Positions 50,801 through 58,456 of a stretch of 64,000 nt of DNA are shown piece by piece. Under the pieces are notes generated by a model. It did not search any database. It worked only from the letters and a program-made list of their open reading frames with translations, and was not told the origin of the DNA. The stretch is from Planctomycetota bacterium (lineage in GTDB: Bacteria; Planctomycetota; B15-G4). Made by a program: the position numbers and the translations under genes. The stretch is taken from NCBI GenBank assembly GCA_021604805.1, contig BQJR01000001.1, forward strand, positions 987,102 through 1,051,101, in the 5' to 3' direction. Within the stretch, counting starts at the first letter, position 1; every line of letters begins with the position of its first letter.

Positions 50801-53800
50801 GAGCACGAGCACTTCGGCCACGTCGCCCACGGAGTAGCTCTGCTTGTCGGGGATCAGCAGCAGCTCTTCGGCTTCCACGCGGCTGGGGCGCTCCACGTCG
50901 TTGGCGCCGGCCACCCAGAAGCTCAACTCGGTCTGTGAGACGCGCTCCTCGCTGTCGCGCACGCTCGCGCGCACGACCCACGATCCGGCGCGTCCCACGC
51001 GCAACGCTTGCTCGCGACCTTGCGCTGCCGAGAGCAGCTCGATGTCTTGCACGTCGCGCTCCTCGGCCACCCACGCGCCGTCGTTGCCGGGCACCCACTC
51101 TTGACGGAACACGTGCAGCGCAACGGGCGTGTCGGCCTGCGCGACGCCTTCCAGATCCGTGACCACGAACTCGAGCGGGAAGTCTTGGTCGGCGCGCACG
51201 AAGCTGCGTGCGCTGCGCAACCCGACGCTCAGTGCCGCGGGATGCACGATCGTGTCGGCGCGCGCGGCCCACTGTTGCGCATCGCTGTCGGTCACGACGG
51301 CCTCCACCTCGAGCATGCGCGGGTAGGCAGGCTCCACGCCTTGCAAGTCGGCCACGACGCGGTGCTCGCCGTGCGCGTCGGTGAGCCCGTCGAATTCAGC
51401 GAGCGGCTGCTGCACGACGAAGCCTTGCGTCCAGCCTCCGAAGCACGACCAGCCGCGCCACCACGGCGTCCACGCGCCGAAGTTCCAACCGTCCCAACCC
51501 ACGGGACGCCAACTCGCGGCGCGGTCGCGCAACACCCAGGACACCGGGGCCTCACGCACGCTGCCACCCGCGAAGTAACTGGCGCGCGCGGCGATCGGCA
51601 GGCTCTGGCCTACCAGCGCGCGCGCTTCGGGCAGCGTGAGCGTGACCTCGTATTCCGGGCGACGGAACTCCGCCACCGTGAGTCGGTGCTGGCTGTTGCT
51701 CTGCGCGCCGTCGGCGTCACGCAACTCAAGCTGCACGTACACGCTGCCGAGGTCGATCTCGGCGGGCAACTCGAACTGGAGCTGGAAGTTGCCGAAGGCA
51801 TCGAGCGTGGCCGTGCCTGAGCCGACCTCTGCGCGGCGCGGGCTGTGCACGGTCCAACTCACGCTGAGCGTTTCGGCTCGCTCGAGCGCACTCGTGTCGC
51901 CGTACTTGCCCGGATCATGGCGACGCGCCCAACCGGTCACGTTCACCGTTTCGCCAGGTCGGTAGAGTCCGCGGTCATCGAGCGTGTGCCAACGGATGTC
52001 GCGCTCCCGGTCGACGCGCGTCCAGCCGTTGCGCCACCAGTTGCTCCACGAGTTGGCGGGCGCGATCATGCTGTCGCTCTCGTGCTCCACGAGCACGGCC
52101 AGCGCGCTGCGTTCGAGTTCCCTGCGGCCGGCCTGCAGGGTCTCGGGCGCGGGCAGCTCGAAGATCGCCAAGCCGCTGGCGTCGCTGCGCGCGCGCAACT
52201 CGGGCGAGCCGGCGGGTGTCCCGAGCACGCGCACCTCGGCGCCACTCACTGGCGTGCCGTCGAGCAGCGAAGTGACCCACACGGCGAGCTCGCCGTCGTC
52301 CACGAAGACACTCGCTGCCAGTTGCGTGCGCTGCACCCAGTACCAATGCCAACCGCGGATCTCGTGCGTCTCGCCGTCGAGGCGATCGCTCGCGCGCAGA
52401 CCGAAGAGCGCGTGACCGCGGTCGTCGGGGAAAGCGTCGCCGAGGTCGAAGACCACGTCGAGCGGATCGGCGGCGGGATGTTCTTGGAGGCGCAGGCTGT
52501 CGTCGAACAACAGCTCTCCCATGGCGCGCGGATGCCAGGGTTGCGCACTGGTGCGTTGGCTGCGATCCAAACTGGCGAAGTCGAGGAAGGACTCAGGCGT
52601 GGTCGCGATCAGCGTGCGCTCCACCACGCCCACGTTGCGCGCGGTGAGCTTCAGCGCAGCGGGCTCGAAAGGGTCGAGCACGATCATCCGATCGCCCGGC
52701 AACAACACTTCCGAGGAGAACTCCCGCATCCTGAGCAAGCGACGCGAAGGCTCGGCGAGCTGTTGACCGTACACGTCACGCAAGCCCGTGCCCACGAAGA
52801 GGTGGTAGAACTCGCCCGCGGCAAAGGACCCCTTGAGCACGAGGTTGCGCCCGCGCAGCTCGACCTCGAGATCGGGCACGCCGGGGCGACACGTCACTTC
52901 GACCTCCGGCGCGCAGGCGGGGTCGAGCTCGTTGTTGGCCGCGATGGAAACCCACACGGGCGACGACGCTTGCGGCCAGGCCTTGAGCGTGTCGGAATCG
53001 AGTTCGAGCGGCGCGGGCGTGCGCCAGTTGAAGCGGCGCAGCGTTTCGGTGCGCCGCGGCCCCTCCAAGGACGGCATGCCCGGTTGCAACTCGAGTCGGA
53101 ACATGCGCCCGAGCGGCAGCGTGTCGCGGGTGGTGAACAGCAGCACGGTGCCGTTCGGCGCGTCGTTCAGGAGGCGCGCTTCGGGGCTCTCGTCGTGGAG
53201 CTCTTCGGGCAGCACGAGCCGCAGCGGCCACTCGCGTTCGAGCCCCTTCTCGAGCAAGCGGATGTGCTCGAGCACCTGCGCCGGCTCGATGCGTTGATCG
53301 AACTGCAGCACGAAGACGCCGTCGACCGGTGTCACACCATCTTGCGCCGGAAGCGAGCGCTCCACCTGCAGCGGCGACGTGGACACGACCGCCTCGAAGC
53401 GTTCCTGCAGCGCGCCGCCGTTCGCCGAGCGCGTGCCCGCAGGCACCTCCACGTTGTAGTGCGTGGCGCCGGGCAGTCGCAGCTGCGGCTCGAAGACCAA
53501 CACGCGCGGCTCGATCCAGCGCCAGACCCCCGGCGGTTGCGGATCGAGACGCACCGGCAGCGCGAGCGCCTCGACCTCCCCCAGCGAGGAGAGCGGCACC
53601 ATCGGCTCCGAAAAGTTGAAGAGCAGCTGAGGCACGAGCTGCTGCTCGCCTACGGGAGCGAAGCGCAACACGCGCAGCGCGTCGGGTGCGGCGGCGGGAT
53701 CGGTGTTCGTCGGGGCCGCGGGGAGCTCGTCTGCGGGCGGGAAGGTGGCCTGCTCTTGGTCGGGCGCGGGCCGTGGCAGCACCTGCGCGGGGAGCTGGGC

Positions 53801-54187
53801 CGTGTCGTCGAGAGCCTGCGGACGTAGGCCTGGCGTGCGCGCGAGCAAGGCTGCACGCGTGGCCTCGTCGAGCAACTCCTCGGTGGGGCTCGCTGCGGAG
53901 AGCCCCGCAAGCTCGGCGCTCGAAGTCGCGCTCTCTGCCCGGCTCGGCGCGTCGTCGTCGCCCCTGGGAGCGCTCGACGCAGCGGCCTCTCGCAAGGTCG
54001 CACGGAGCCCGGTCTGCGCTGCGTCAGCCGCGGCTTGCGAGCCGGACTCGGCGTCGTCCGGCACGCTCACACCCACCGTGATCTCAGACAGCGCGGAACC
54101 CGGCCCGCGAGCGGTGGGCCCACAACCGAGCACGAACAGCAACGCGATCCAGGGCAACGAGCAGCGAAGAGTCGGGTGACGCAGCAT
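47840..54187 (-). CDS. Alpha-2-macroglobulin family lipoprotein with thioester motif
   Basis: 2115 aa from ATG 54187. Lipobox ALLFVLGC. Successive MG-type beta-sandwich domains. Thioester signature YPYACTEQRASRQL (CxEQ). C-terminal receptor-binding-like domain. The track ORF extends to 54466. Confidence 0.88.
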   Translation of the reverse strand: MLRHPTLRCSLPWIALLFVLGCGPTARGPGSALSEITVGVSVPDDAESGSQAAADAAQTGLRATLREAAASSAPRGDDDAPSRAESATSSAELAGLSAASPTEELLDEATRAALLARTPGLRPQALDDTAQLPAQVLPRPAPDQEQATFPPADELPAAPTNTDPAAAPDALRVLRFAPVGEQQLVPQLLFNFSEPMVPLSSLGEVEALALPVRLDPQPPGVWRWIEPRVLVFEPQLRLPGATHYNVEVPAGTRSANGGALQERFEAVVSTSPLQVERSLPAQDGVTPVDGVFVLQFDQRIEPAQVLEHIRLLEKGLEREWPLRLVLPEELHDESPEARLLNDAPNGTVLLFTTRDTLPLGRMFRLELQPGMPSLEGPRRTETLRRFNWRTPAPLELDSDTLKAWPQASSPVWVSIAANNELDPACAPEVEVTCRPGVPDLEVELRGRNLVLKGSFAAGEFYHLFVGTGLRDVYGQQLAEPSRRLLRMREFSSEVLLPGDRMIVLDPFEPAALKLTARNVGVVERTLIATTPESFLDFASLDRSQRTSAQPWHPRAMGELLFDDSLRLQEHPAADPLDVVFDLGDAFPDDRGHALFGLRASDRLDGETHEIRGWHWYWVQRTQLAASVFVDDGELAVWVTSLLDGTPVSGAEVRVLGTPAGSPELRARSDASGLAIFELPAPETLQAGRRELERSALAVLVEHESDSMIAPANSWSNWWRNGWTRVDRERDIRWHTLDDRGLYRPGETVNVTGWARRHDPGKYGDTSALERAETLSVSWTVHSPRRAEVGSGTATLDAFGNFQLQFELPAEIDLGSVYVQLELRDADGAQSNSQHRLTVAEFRRPEYEVTLTLPEARALVGQSLPIAARASYFAGGSVREAPVSWVLRDRAASWRPVGWDGWNFGAWTPWWRGWSCFGGWTQGFVVQQPLAEFDGLTDAHGEHRVVADLQGVEPAYPRMLEVEAVVTDSDAQQWAARADTIVHPAALSVGLRSARSFVRADQDFPLEFVVTDLEGVAQADTPVALHVFRQEWVPGNDGAWVAEERDVQDIELLSAAQGREQALRVGRAGSWVVRASVRDSEERVSQTELSFWVAGANDVERPSRVEAEELLLIPDKQSYSVGDVAEVLVLAPFERGTLQLSLGRSGRLGTEVIALEGGSAVLEVPLLDAHLPTLHLSLGLVGQRPRVDSAGKARDHAPPQPAYAVAELELPVSIDARRLSVEVAPESSVAQPGATVGVQVCVSDNEGKALSDANVALIVVDESVHVAGGYDFRDPLPSFYPARDAGIESVWLRRFVQLLELDESARDRLAAPGHEVLLLTVGDHEDESFAPDEGSNSLRYSADDSVRTELAALGYLGGGGSVARASAPPAAPKQSAAGSDNAPAIGVRENLAPLAAFLPALRTDKNGCVRAEVSLPDRLTRWRVMVVAADRGSRFGFGESSLRSSKPLRVRASLPRQLRQGDRAALPVVLHNDGDSAAEVQLALEASVLELSAEARGRKLTVPAHDRVELLLPVSAPRSGVARLLFVLTDAKDPSRHDALSTSLVVERPTTLESFAIYGNSDSDAATQIPLRVPSDARPEVGELRVDVASTAFASLTDAVVNLSTYPYACTEQRASRQLALVALQDVLEAFEAPGLPDADARAASFEADMEKLGQAQERNGMFRFWPDSDYAGAPWRRLYLSAHVAHVLQRCADAGRDVPARVLSKALDFLQKTLPGELRLAVEHERLSTEAAYVIRASALNTRWRAGHTLRGDLLDLLHARPLDELPLEVLAWTLPILHADGALEELCDDVLRVVNDRAIETASEARFVSRYESDERAVLLHGERRTDGLLLEALITVDPKNPLIEKVVKGLLAHRRRGAWGSTQEDLFVLLGLQAAFAALESELPSFTARAWLGDTGLMSEEFAGRETRSERLSLPMTQLAELVAERDTNVTLQREGVGRMWWRVGLRYAPGAHERVAARDAGFEVSRRYEAIDDPSDVRRRDDGTWVIRRGASVRVHLELLAESARHHVALVDALPSGLEVLNPDLPVSASVEPVAHKLRRPWWWSWRWYEHANLRDERVEVFASSLPAGIHEYSYVARATAPGEYVLPPLFAEEMYTPETFGHGAECRVVVE

Positions 54188-54289
54188 GAGCTTCTCCAAA
54201 CACGATCGATTCCGGTTGTAACGCACCAGCGCGCGTGGCCTTAGTTCGCTTGCTAGGATCGCGGCTCGACCATCTGCTCGGAGCCCGAC

Positions 54290-54712
54290 ATGGCCAGCCT
54301 GTTCACGCGCATCATCGACGGCGAACTCCCCGGCCGCTTCGTCTGGAAGGACGAGCACTGCGTGGCGTTCCTCTCTATCGCGCCGGTGCGCCCGGGTCAC
54401 GTGCTCGTCGTGCCGCGCGCCGAGATCGATCACTGGATCGACTGCCCGCCCGCGCTCGCCGCGCACCTGATGACCGTGTCACGCACCCTCGGCGAAGCGA
54501 TCCAGAAAGTGTTCCGTCCCGAGAAGGTCGCGCTCACGATCCTGGGCCTCGAAGTGCGTCACACGCACCTGCACCTCGTGCCGATCCGCACCGAAGCCGA
54601 CATGCGCTTCGCGAACGCCGACGAGAACGCCAAACCCGAAGACATGGACGCCGCCGCCGAGTCGATCCGAACCGCGCTGCGCGAAGCGGGTTGCGCGGAA
54701 GTCGCGGGCTGA
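54290..54712 (+). CDS. HIT-family (histidine triad) nucleotide hydrolase
   Basis: 140 aa. Histidine triad HTHLHLVP and an N-terminus IIDGELPGRFVWKDEHCVAFLSIAP typical of Hint-like proteins. Confidence 0.88.
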   Translation: MASLFTRIIDGELPGRFVWKDEHCVAFLSIAPVRPGHVLVVPRAEIDHWIDCPPALAAHLMTVSRTLGEAIQKVFRPEKVALTILGLEVRHTHLHLVPIRTEADMRFANADENAKPEDMDAAAESIRTALREAGCAEVAG

Positions 54713-54784
54713 GCGGCGCTGCAGAGCGCGAGCCCCTCGTTCTGCAGCGCCCACGACTCGCCGCGCCGGTGCGCCGCGCCCCGC

Positions 54785-54839
54785 CGGTGCCTCTCATCGG
54801 TGCCTCTCATCGGTGCGCCCCATCGGTGCGCCCCCCAAT
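54785..54839. repeat. Four tandem copies of a 13-nt unit (CGGTGCCTCTCAT / CGGTGCGCCCCAT)
   Basis: Read directly from the sequence. Units start at 54785, 54798, 54811 and 54824. A related CGGTGCGCC lies at 54767. The repeat is in the intergenic gap upstream of the FG-GAP-like gene. Confidence 0.9.
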
Positions 54840-54923
54840 CTCCGCGATTCTCGGTAGACTCGCTAGCGCCGCTCAACGTCGTCTCGAACGAGCGTCATCG
54901 CGAGTCATGTCGAGGGAGCGAGG

Positions 54924-56762
54924 ATGCTCAACACGTGCACGCTGACCTGTTGCTGGATCACGATGGTCGTCGCGTTGAGCCCGATGCTGAGCGCTCAGCA
55001 GCAGACGTATGTGAAGCCCATCTACGCGGAAGAGGATGATCGCTTCGGATCTGGCTTGGCCATCGCTGGCAGCACGGTCGCAATCGGCGCACACGGGGAA
55101 TCGAGCTCCGCGCGCGGGATCAACGGTGAGATGAATCTCAACAATGCGCCCGCGAGCGGCGCCGTGTTCCTCTTCGAGCATGACGGTGTGCGCTGGAATC
55201 TCGACACCTTCGTGAAAGCCACCAACCCCGACATCGACGACCAGTTCGGGAGAATCTTCGACCTCGACGCGAACACGCTCGTCGTGTCCACGAACTACGA
55301 AGACAGTTCCGCCACAGGGATCGACGGCAACGAAGCCAGCAACTCAGCGCTGCAGTCAGGCGCGGCCTACGTGTACGTACGTCACGGCGGCACTTGGAAG
55401 GACGAGGCCTACCTCAAGGCCTCGAACGCCGAGGCCAACGATCAGTTCGGCATCAGCATCGCGCTCTCCGGCGATCGAGTGGCGATCGGCGCATGGGGCG
55501 AGTCGAGCGCAGCCGGCGCCGACGGTTCTGACAACTCCGAAGAGAATGCGGGCGCGGTCTACGTCTTCGTGCGTCACGACGGCGAGTGGGAGCAGGAGGC
55601 GCTGGTGAAAGCCAGCAACGCGGAAGCGGGCGATCGCTTCGGGCGCAACATCGACCTCGCGGGCGACACACTCGTGGTGGGTGCCGGCATGGAGGACAGC
55701 GCGGCCACCGGCATGAACGGTGACCGAGACGACAACAGCGCCGAGGACGCTGGCGCCGTCTACCTCTTCGAGCGTGTCGGCGGAGCCTGGGTCCAGCAGG
55801 CCTACCTCAAGGCCTCGAACACCGACCCAGGTGACGAGTTCGGCTCAGCGGTCGAGCTCGCCGACGACGCCAACACACTAGCGGTCGCCGCGCGCCGCGA
55901 ACGCGGCGACGACGGCGGCGTCAACGGTGACCAGAGCAGCAACGCGCTCAGCAACGCCGGCGCCGTCTACCTCTTCGAACGCAGCGGTGAGACGTGGGCT
56001 CAGACGGCGTACATCAAAGCCGGCGTGCCCGGTTCCGGCGACGGGTTCGGCCAAGCGCTCTCGCTCGCAGGCGATCGCCTGCTGGTCACGGCGGGCGGCG
56101 AAGACAGCGCCGCCACCGTGGTCAACGGTGGGCAGGACAACGACAATCGCGAAGACTCGGGCGCGGCCTACATCCTCACGCGCGTGAACGGGAACTGGGA
56201 ACACACCTGGTACCTCAAGGCGCACCACGCCGAGCAGCAGGACACGCTGGGTGTCAGCGCAGCGCTCAGTGACGACTGGGCGCTGGTCGGCTGCTTCCGC
56301 GAGGCGAGCGGAATCGGCGGGCCCGGCATCTACCCGTTGGACAACAGCGCGCCGGGTGCTGGCGCCGTCTACAGCCACGACCTGGTCAACACAGCCTGGA
56401 CGACGCGCGGCGCAGGCCTCGCCGGCGTGCGCGGCAACCCCCAGCTCCTCGGCGCCGGCCCGCTGACCGCCTCGAGCAACAACGAGCTACGCCTCAGTAA
56501 CGCCGCACCCTTCAGCACCGCCGCGATCTTCCTCGCGCTCGACAGCAACCCGGTCGCCTTCAAAGGCGGCATCCTCAAGACCTTCCCGGTCCAACAAACC
56601 CTGATCGCCACCACCAACTTCCAAGGCATGCTCACGGTCGGCGTGCAACTCCCCCCCGAAGTCTCACCCGACATTGAACTCTGGCTCCAAGCCGCCATCG
56701 CCGACGACATCGCCCCCGTCGGCATCGCCCTCAGCAACGCCCTCCTAGGCCGCACCCCCTAA
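54924..56762 (+). CDS. Secreted seven-blade FG-GAP/integrin-alpha-like beta-propeller protein with an uncharacterised C-terminal domain
   Basis: 612 aa. RBS GGGAGCGAGG. Seven repeats of about 55-60 aa have the pattern D.FG.s(v/i)al.gd.l(v/a)(v/i)GA..e.s...G..G......sGA(V/A)Y(V/L)F (GAVFLFEHDG, GAAYVYVRHGG, GAVYVFVRHDG, GAVYLFERVGG, GAVYLFERSGE, GAAYILTRVNG, GAVYSHD). Confidence 0.8.
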   Translation: MLNTCTLTCCWITMVVALSPMLSAQQQTYVKPIYAEEDDRFGSGLAIAGSTVAIGAHGESSSARGINGEMNLNNAPASGAVFLFEHDGVRWNLDTFVKATNPDIDDQFGRIFDLDANTLVVSTNYEDSSATGIDGNEASNSALQSGAAYVYVRHGGTWKDEAYLKASNAEANDQFGISIALSGDRVAIGAWGESSAAGADGSDNSEENAGAVYVFVRHDGEWEQEALVKASNAEAGDRFGRNIDLAGDTLVVGAGMEDSAATGMNGDRDDNSAEDAGAVYLFERVGGAWVQQAYLKASNTDPGDEFGSAVELADDANTLAVAARRERGDDGGVNGDQSSNALSNAGAVYLFERSGETWAQTAYIKAGVPGSGDGFGQALSLAGDRLLVTAGGEDSAATVVNGGQDNDNREDSGAAYILTRVNGNWEHTWYLKAHHAEQQDTLGVSAALSDDWALVGCFREASGIGGPGIYPLDNSAPGAGAVYSHDLVNTAWTTRGAGLAGVRGNPQLLGAGPLTASSNNELRLSNAAPFSTAAIFLALDSNPVAFKGGILKTFPVQQTLIATTNFQGMLTVGVQLPPEVSPDIELWLQAAIADDIAPVGIALSNALLGRTP

Positions 56763-56778
56763 ACTCCCCCAACAAGAC

Positions 56779-56918
56779 TCAGCCCCCACAGCAGTAGCTA
56801 TCGCCGTTGCAGTTGCTGTCGCTGTTGCCGTCGCTGTCGGCGCTGCCCCGCAGCCGCCGTCGCCGTTGCAGTTGCGGTTGCCGTCGCAGTTGCCCGTGCA
56901 GTCTTTCAAGAAGCGCAC
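56779..56918 (-). other. Cys/Asp/Asn/Gly-rich micro-ORF with duplicated NCNGD motif, split across two reading frames (possible frameshifted small gene or repeat relic)
   Basis: Minus-strand frame A reads (V)RFLKDCTGNCDGNRNCNGDGGCG with high GC3. After the GGGG run, high GC3 switches to the neighbouring frame, which reads SADSDGNSDSNCNGDSYCCGG and then a stop at 56779. The two AACTGCAACGGCGA(C/T) copies start 59 nt apart, which is not a multiple of 3. Confidence 0.3.
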
Positions 56919-56931
56919 ACGGGGGACCGCG

Positions 56932-57023
56932 CCGCGGGGCAACTTTCCGGCCGCCGTCGCGCAGGCGCTTCACGCCGCAGGCGTGCCAAGCCAAGCGGCA
57001 GTGGCCGGAAAGTTGCCCCGCGG
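56932..57023. repeat. Perfect 21-bp inverted repeat (CCGCGGGGCAACTTTCCGGCC ... GGCCGGAAAGTTGCCCCGCGG) with a 50-nt spacer
   Basis: Read directly from the sequence. The arms are at 56932-56952 and 57003-57023. The spacer contains a smaller hairpin (CACGCC-GCA-GGCGTG). The repeat lies 17 nt downstream of the M28 peptidase stop, between convergent genes. Confidence 0.85.
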
Positions 57024-57039
57024 GACGAAGCGCCCCCAG

Positions 57040-58380
57040 CTACCTCACCACAGGCCGCGCGCTCACCTCCACCCACTCGTAAGCCGCGTTCCACTCCGAC
57101 CACGTCCCGCCAAACTCGCGCCCCGGCGACGGCGCCTCCACTCCCTCGCGGGCGCGCCAGACCACGAACTGCCGCGGCGTGCGCATGTCGTCGGTGGTCT
57201 TGAGCAGCTCACGCAGCGCCTCGAAGTCGCGCAGCTCTTCGTTGTCGACGCGGAAGATCACGTCGCCCTCCTGCAGGCCGGCCCAACCCAGCGGCGACTC
57301 GGGGTTGAGCACCGCCACGCTGCCGCCGCCCGGCACGCCGCGACCCACGCGATCCAGCTCGGCGCCGAAGCTCACGGTGGGCATGAAGTAGTTCGCGGCG
57401 CCGTTGGCCACTTGGAAGGTCGGGCGCACGTCGCGCGCGTCGACCTCGCGCAACACGTCGTGCACGAGACGCACGATGCGCGTGGCAGGCTCGGTGCGGA
57501 TCTTGTGGGCGTCGTCACCGGGGCGGTGGTAATCCTCGTGCACACCGGTGAAGAAGAACAGCACGGGGATCTGCTTGGCGTAGAAGGAGCTGTTGTCCGA
57601 GGGCGCGATGCCGGTGCTGTCGAGCACGAGGTCGAGTTCATGCGGCTGACGCAAGCGCTCGAGCATCTCGGGCCAGATGTCGGCCGTGCCCGTGCCGCCG
57701 ACCATCACGGTGGAACCCACCGGGCGTCCGATCATGTCGCAGTTGAGCATGGCGACGACGTCGTCGAGCGGGTGCAGCGGGTTGTCAGCCCAGTACTTGC
57801 TCCCGATCAAGCCGAGCTCTTCGCCCGAGTACCACTGGAAGATGATCGTGCGACGCGGCTTGCGCTCGGCGGTGGCGAGCGCGGCGGCGATCTCGAGCAG
57901 CGCGGCGCTGCCGCTGGCGTTGTCGTCGGCGCCGTTGTGAATCTGCAGGACGCCGTCGGGGTCGGGCAAGCCGTCGAGACTGTTGCCGTGCTGGCCGAAG
58001 CCCACGTGGTCGTAGTGCGCGCCGAGGATGATCGCTTCGTGCGCGAGCTCGGGATCGCTGCCGGGCAGCACGGCGAGCACGTTGCGGCCGGACTCGATGT
58101 CGGCCTGCCCCGTGATCGGGAACTCCTGGAACCAGTCGCCGTCGTCGCCGGCGGGCTGGATCAGTGGGAACTCTTCCAGGATCGAGATGATGTACGCGGC
58201 GGCGCGTCGCTCACCTTTGCTGCCGGCTTCGCGCCCCTGAAGCAGGTCGCTGGCGAGCACGTCGATGTGCTCTTGGTAGTCGAGCGGCAGGATCGGATCG
58301 GCGTCGTCGGCCTGCGCACTCGGCGCGGCCGCGATCAACGCAACGAACACACAGACCATCGGGCGGACAAGCGCGTGCAT
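57040..58380 (-). CDS. Secreted M28-family aminopeptidase with a C-terminal PDZ-like domain
   Basis: 446 aa. Signal peptide. M28 motifs HYDHVG, GADDNASGSAALLEIA, SGEELGLIGS and MLNCDMIG. The C-terminus SVAVLNPESPLGWAGLQEGDVIFRVDNEEL is PDZ-like. Confidence 0.85.
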   Translation of the reverse strand: MHALVRPMVCVFVALIAAAPSAQADDADPILPLDYQEHIDVLASDLLQGREAGSKGERRAAAYIISILEEFPLIQPAGDDGDWFQEFPITGQADIESGRNVLAVLPGSDPELAHEAIILGAHYDHVGFGQHGNSLDGLPDPDGVLQIHNGADDNASGSAALLEIAAALATAERKPRRTIIFQWYSGEELGLIGSKYWADNPLHPLDDVVAMLNCDMIGRPVGSTVMVGGTGTADIWPEMLERLRQPHELDLVLDSTGIAPSDNSSFYAKQIPVLFFFTGVHEDYHRPGDDAHKIRTEPATRIVRLVHDVLREVDARDVRPTFQVANGAANYFMPTVSFGAELDRVGRGVPGGGSVAVLNPESPLGWAGLQEGDVIFRVDNEELRDFEALRELLKTTDDMRTPRQFVVWRAREGVEAPSPGREFGGTWSEWNAAYEWVEVSARPVVR

Positions 58381-58456
58381 CAGGCGACTCCGGGGGAGGC
58401 CGCCGAGCTTATCCGATCACGGGCGCGCACATGCTGGCGCAGCGATGGCGTGCAGC

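Noticed and set aside
48071-53827. Several long plus-strand ORFs (48071-49441, 51845-53827 and others)
   Set aside because: All are antisense to the alpha-2-macroglobulin gene and have no motifs.
56807-57082. 91-aa plus-strand ORF across the Cys-rich tract and the inverted repeat
   Set aside because: Its Arg/Ser/Cys-rich translation has low GC3. The minus-strand frames carry the coding-like signal, and the ORF also spans both arms of the 21-bp inverted repeat.
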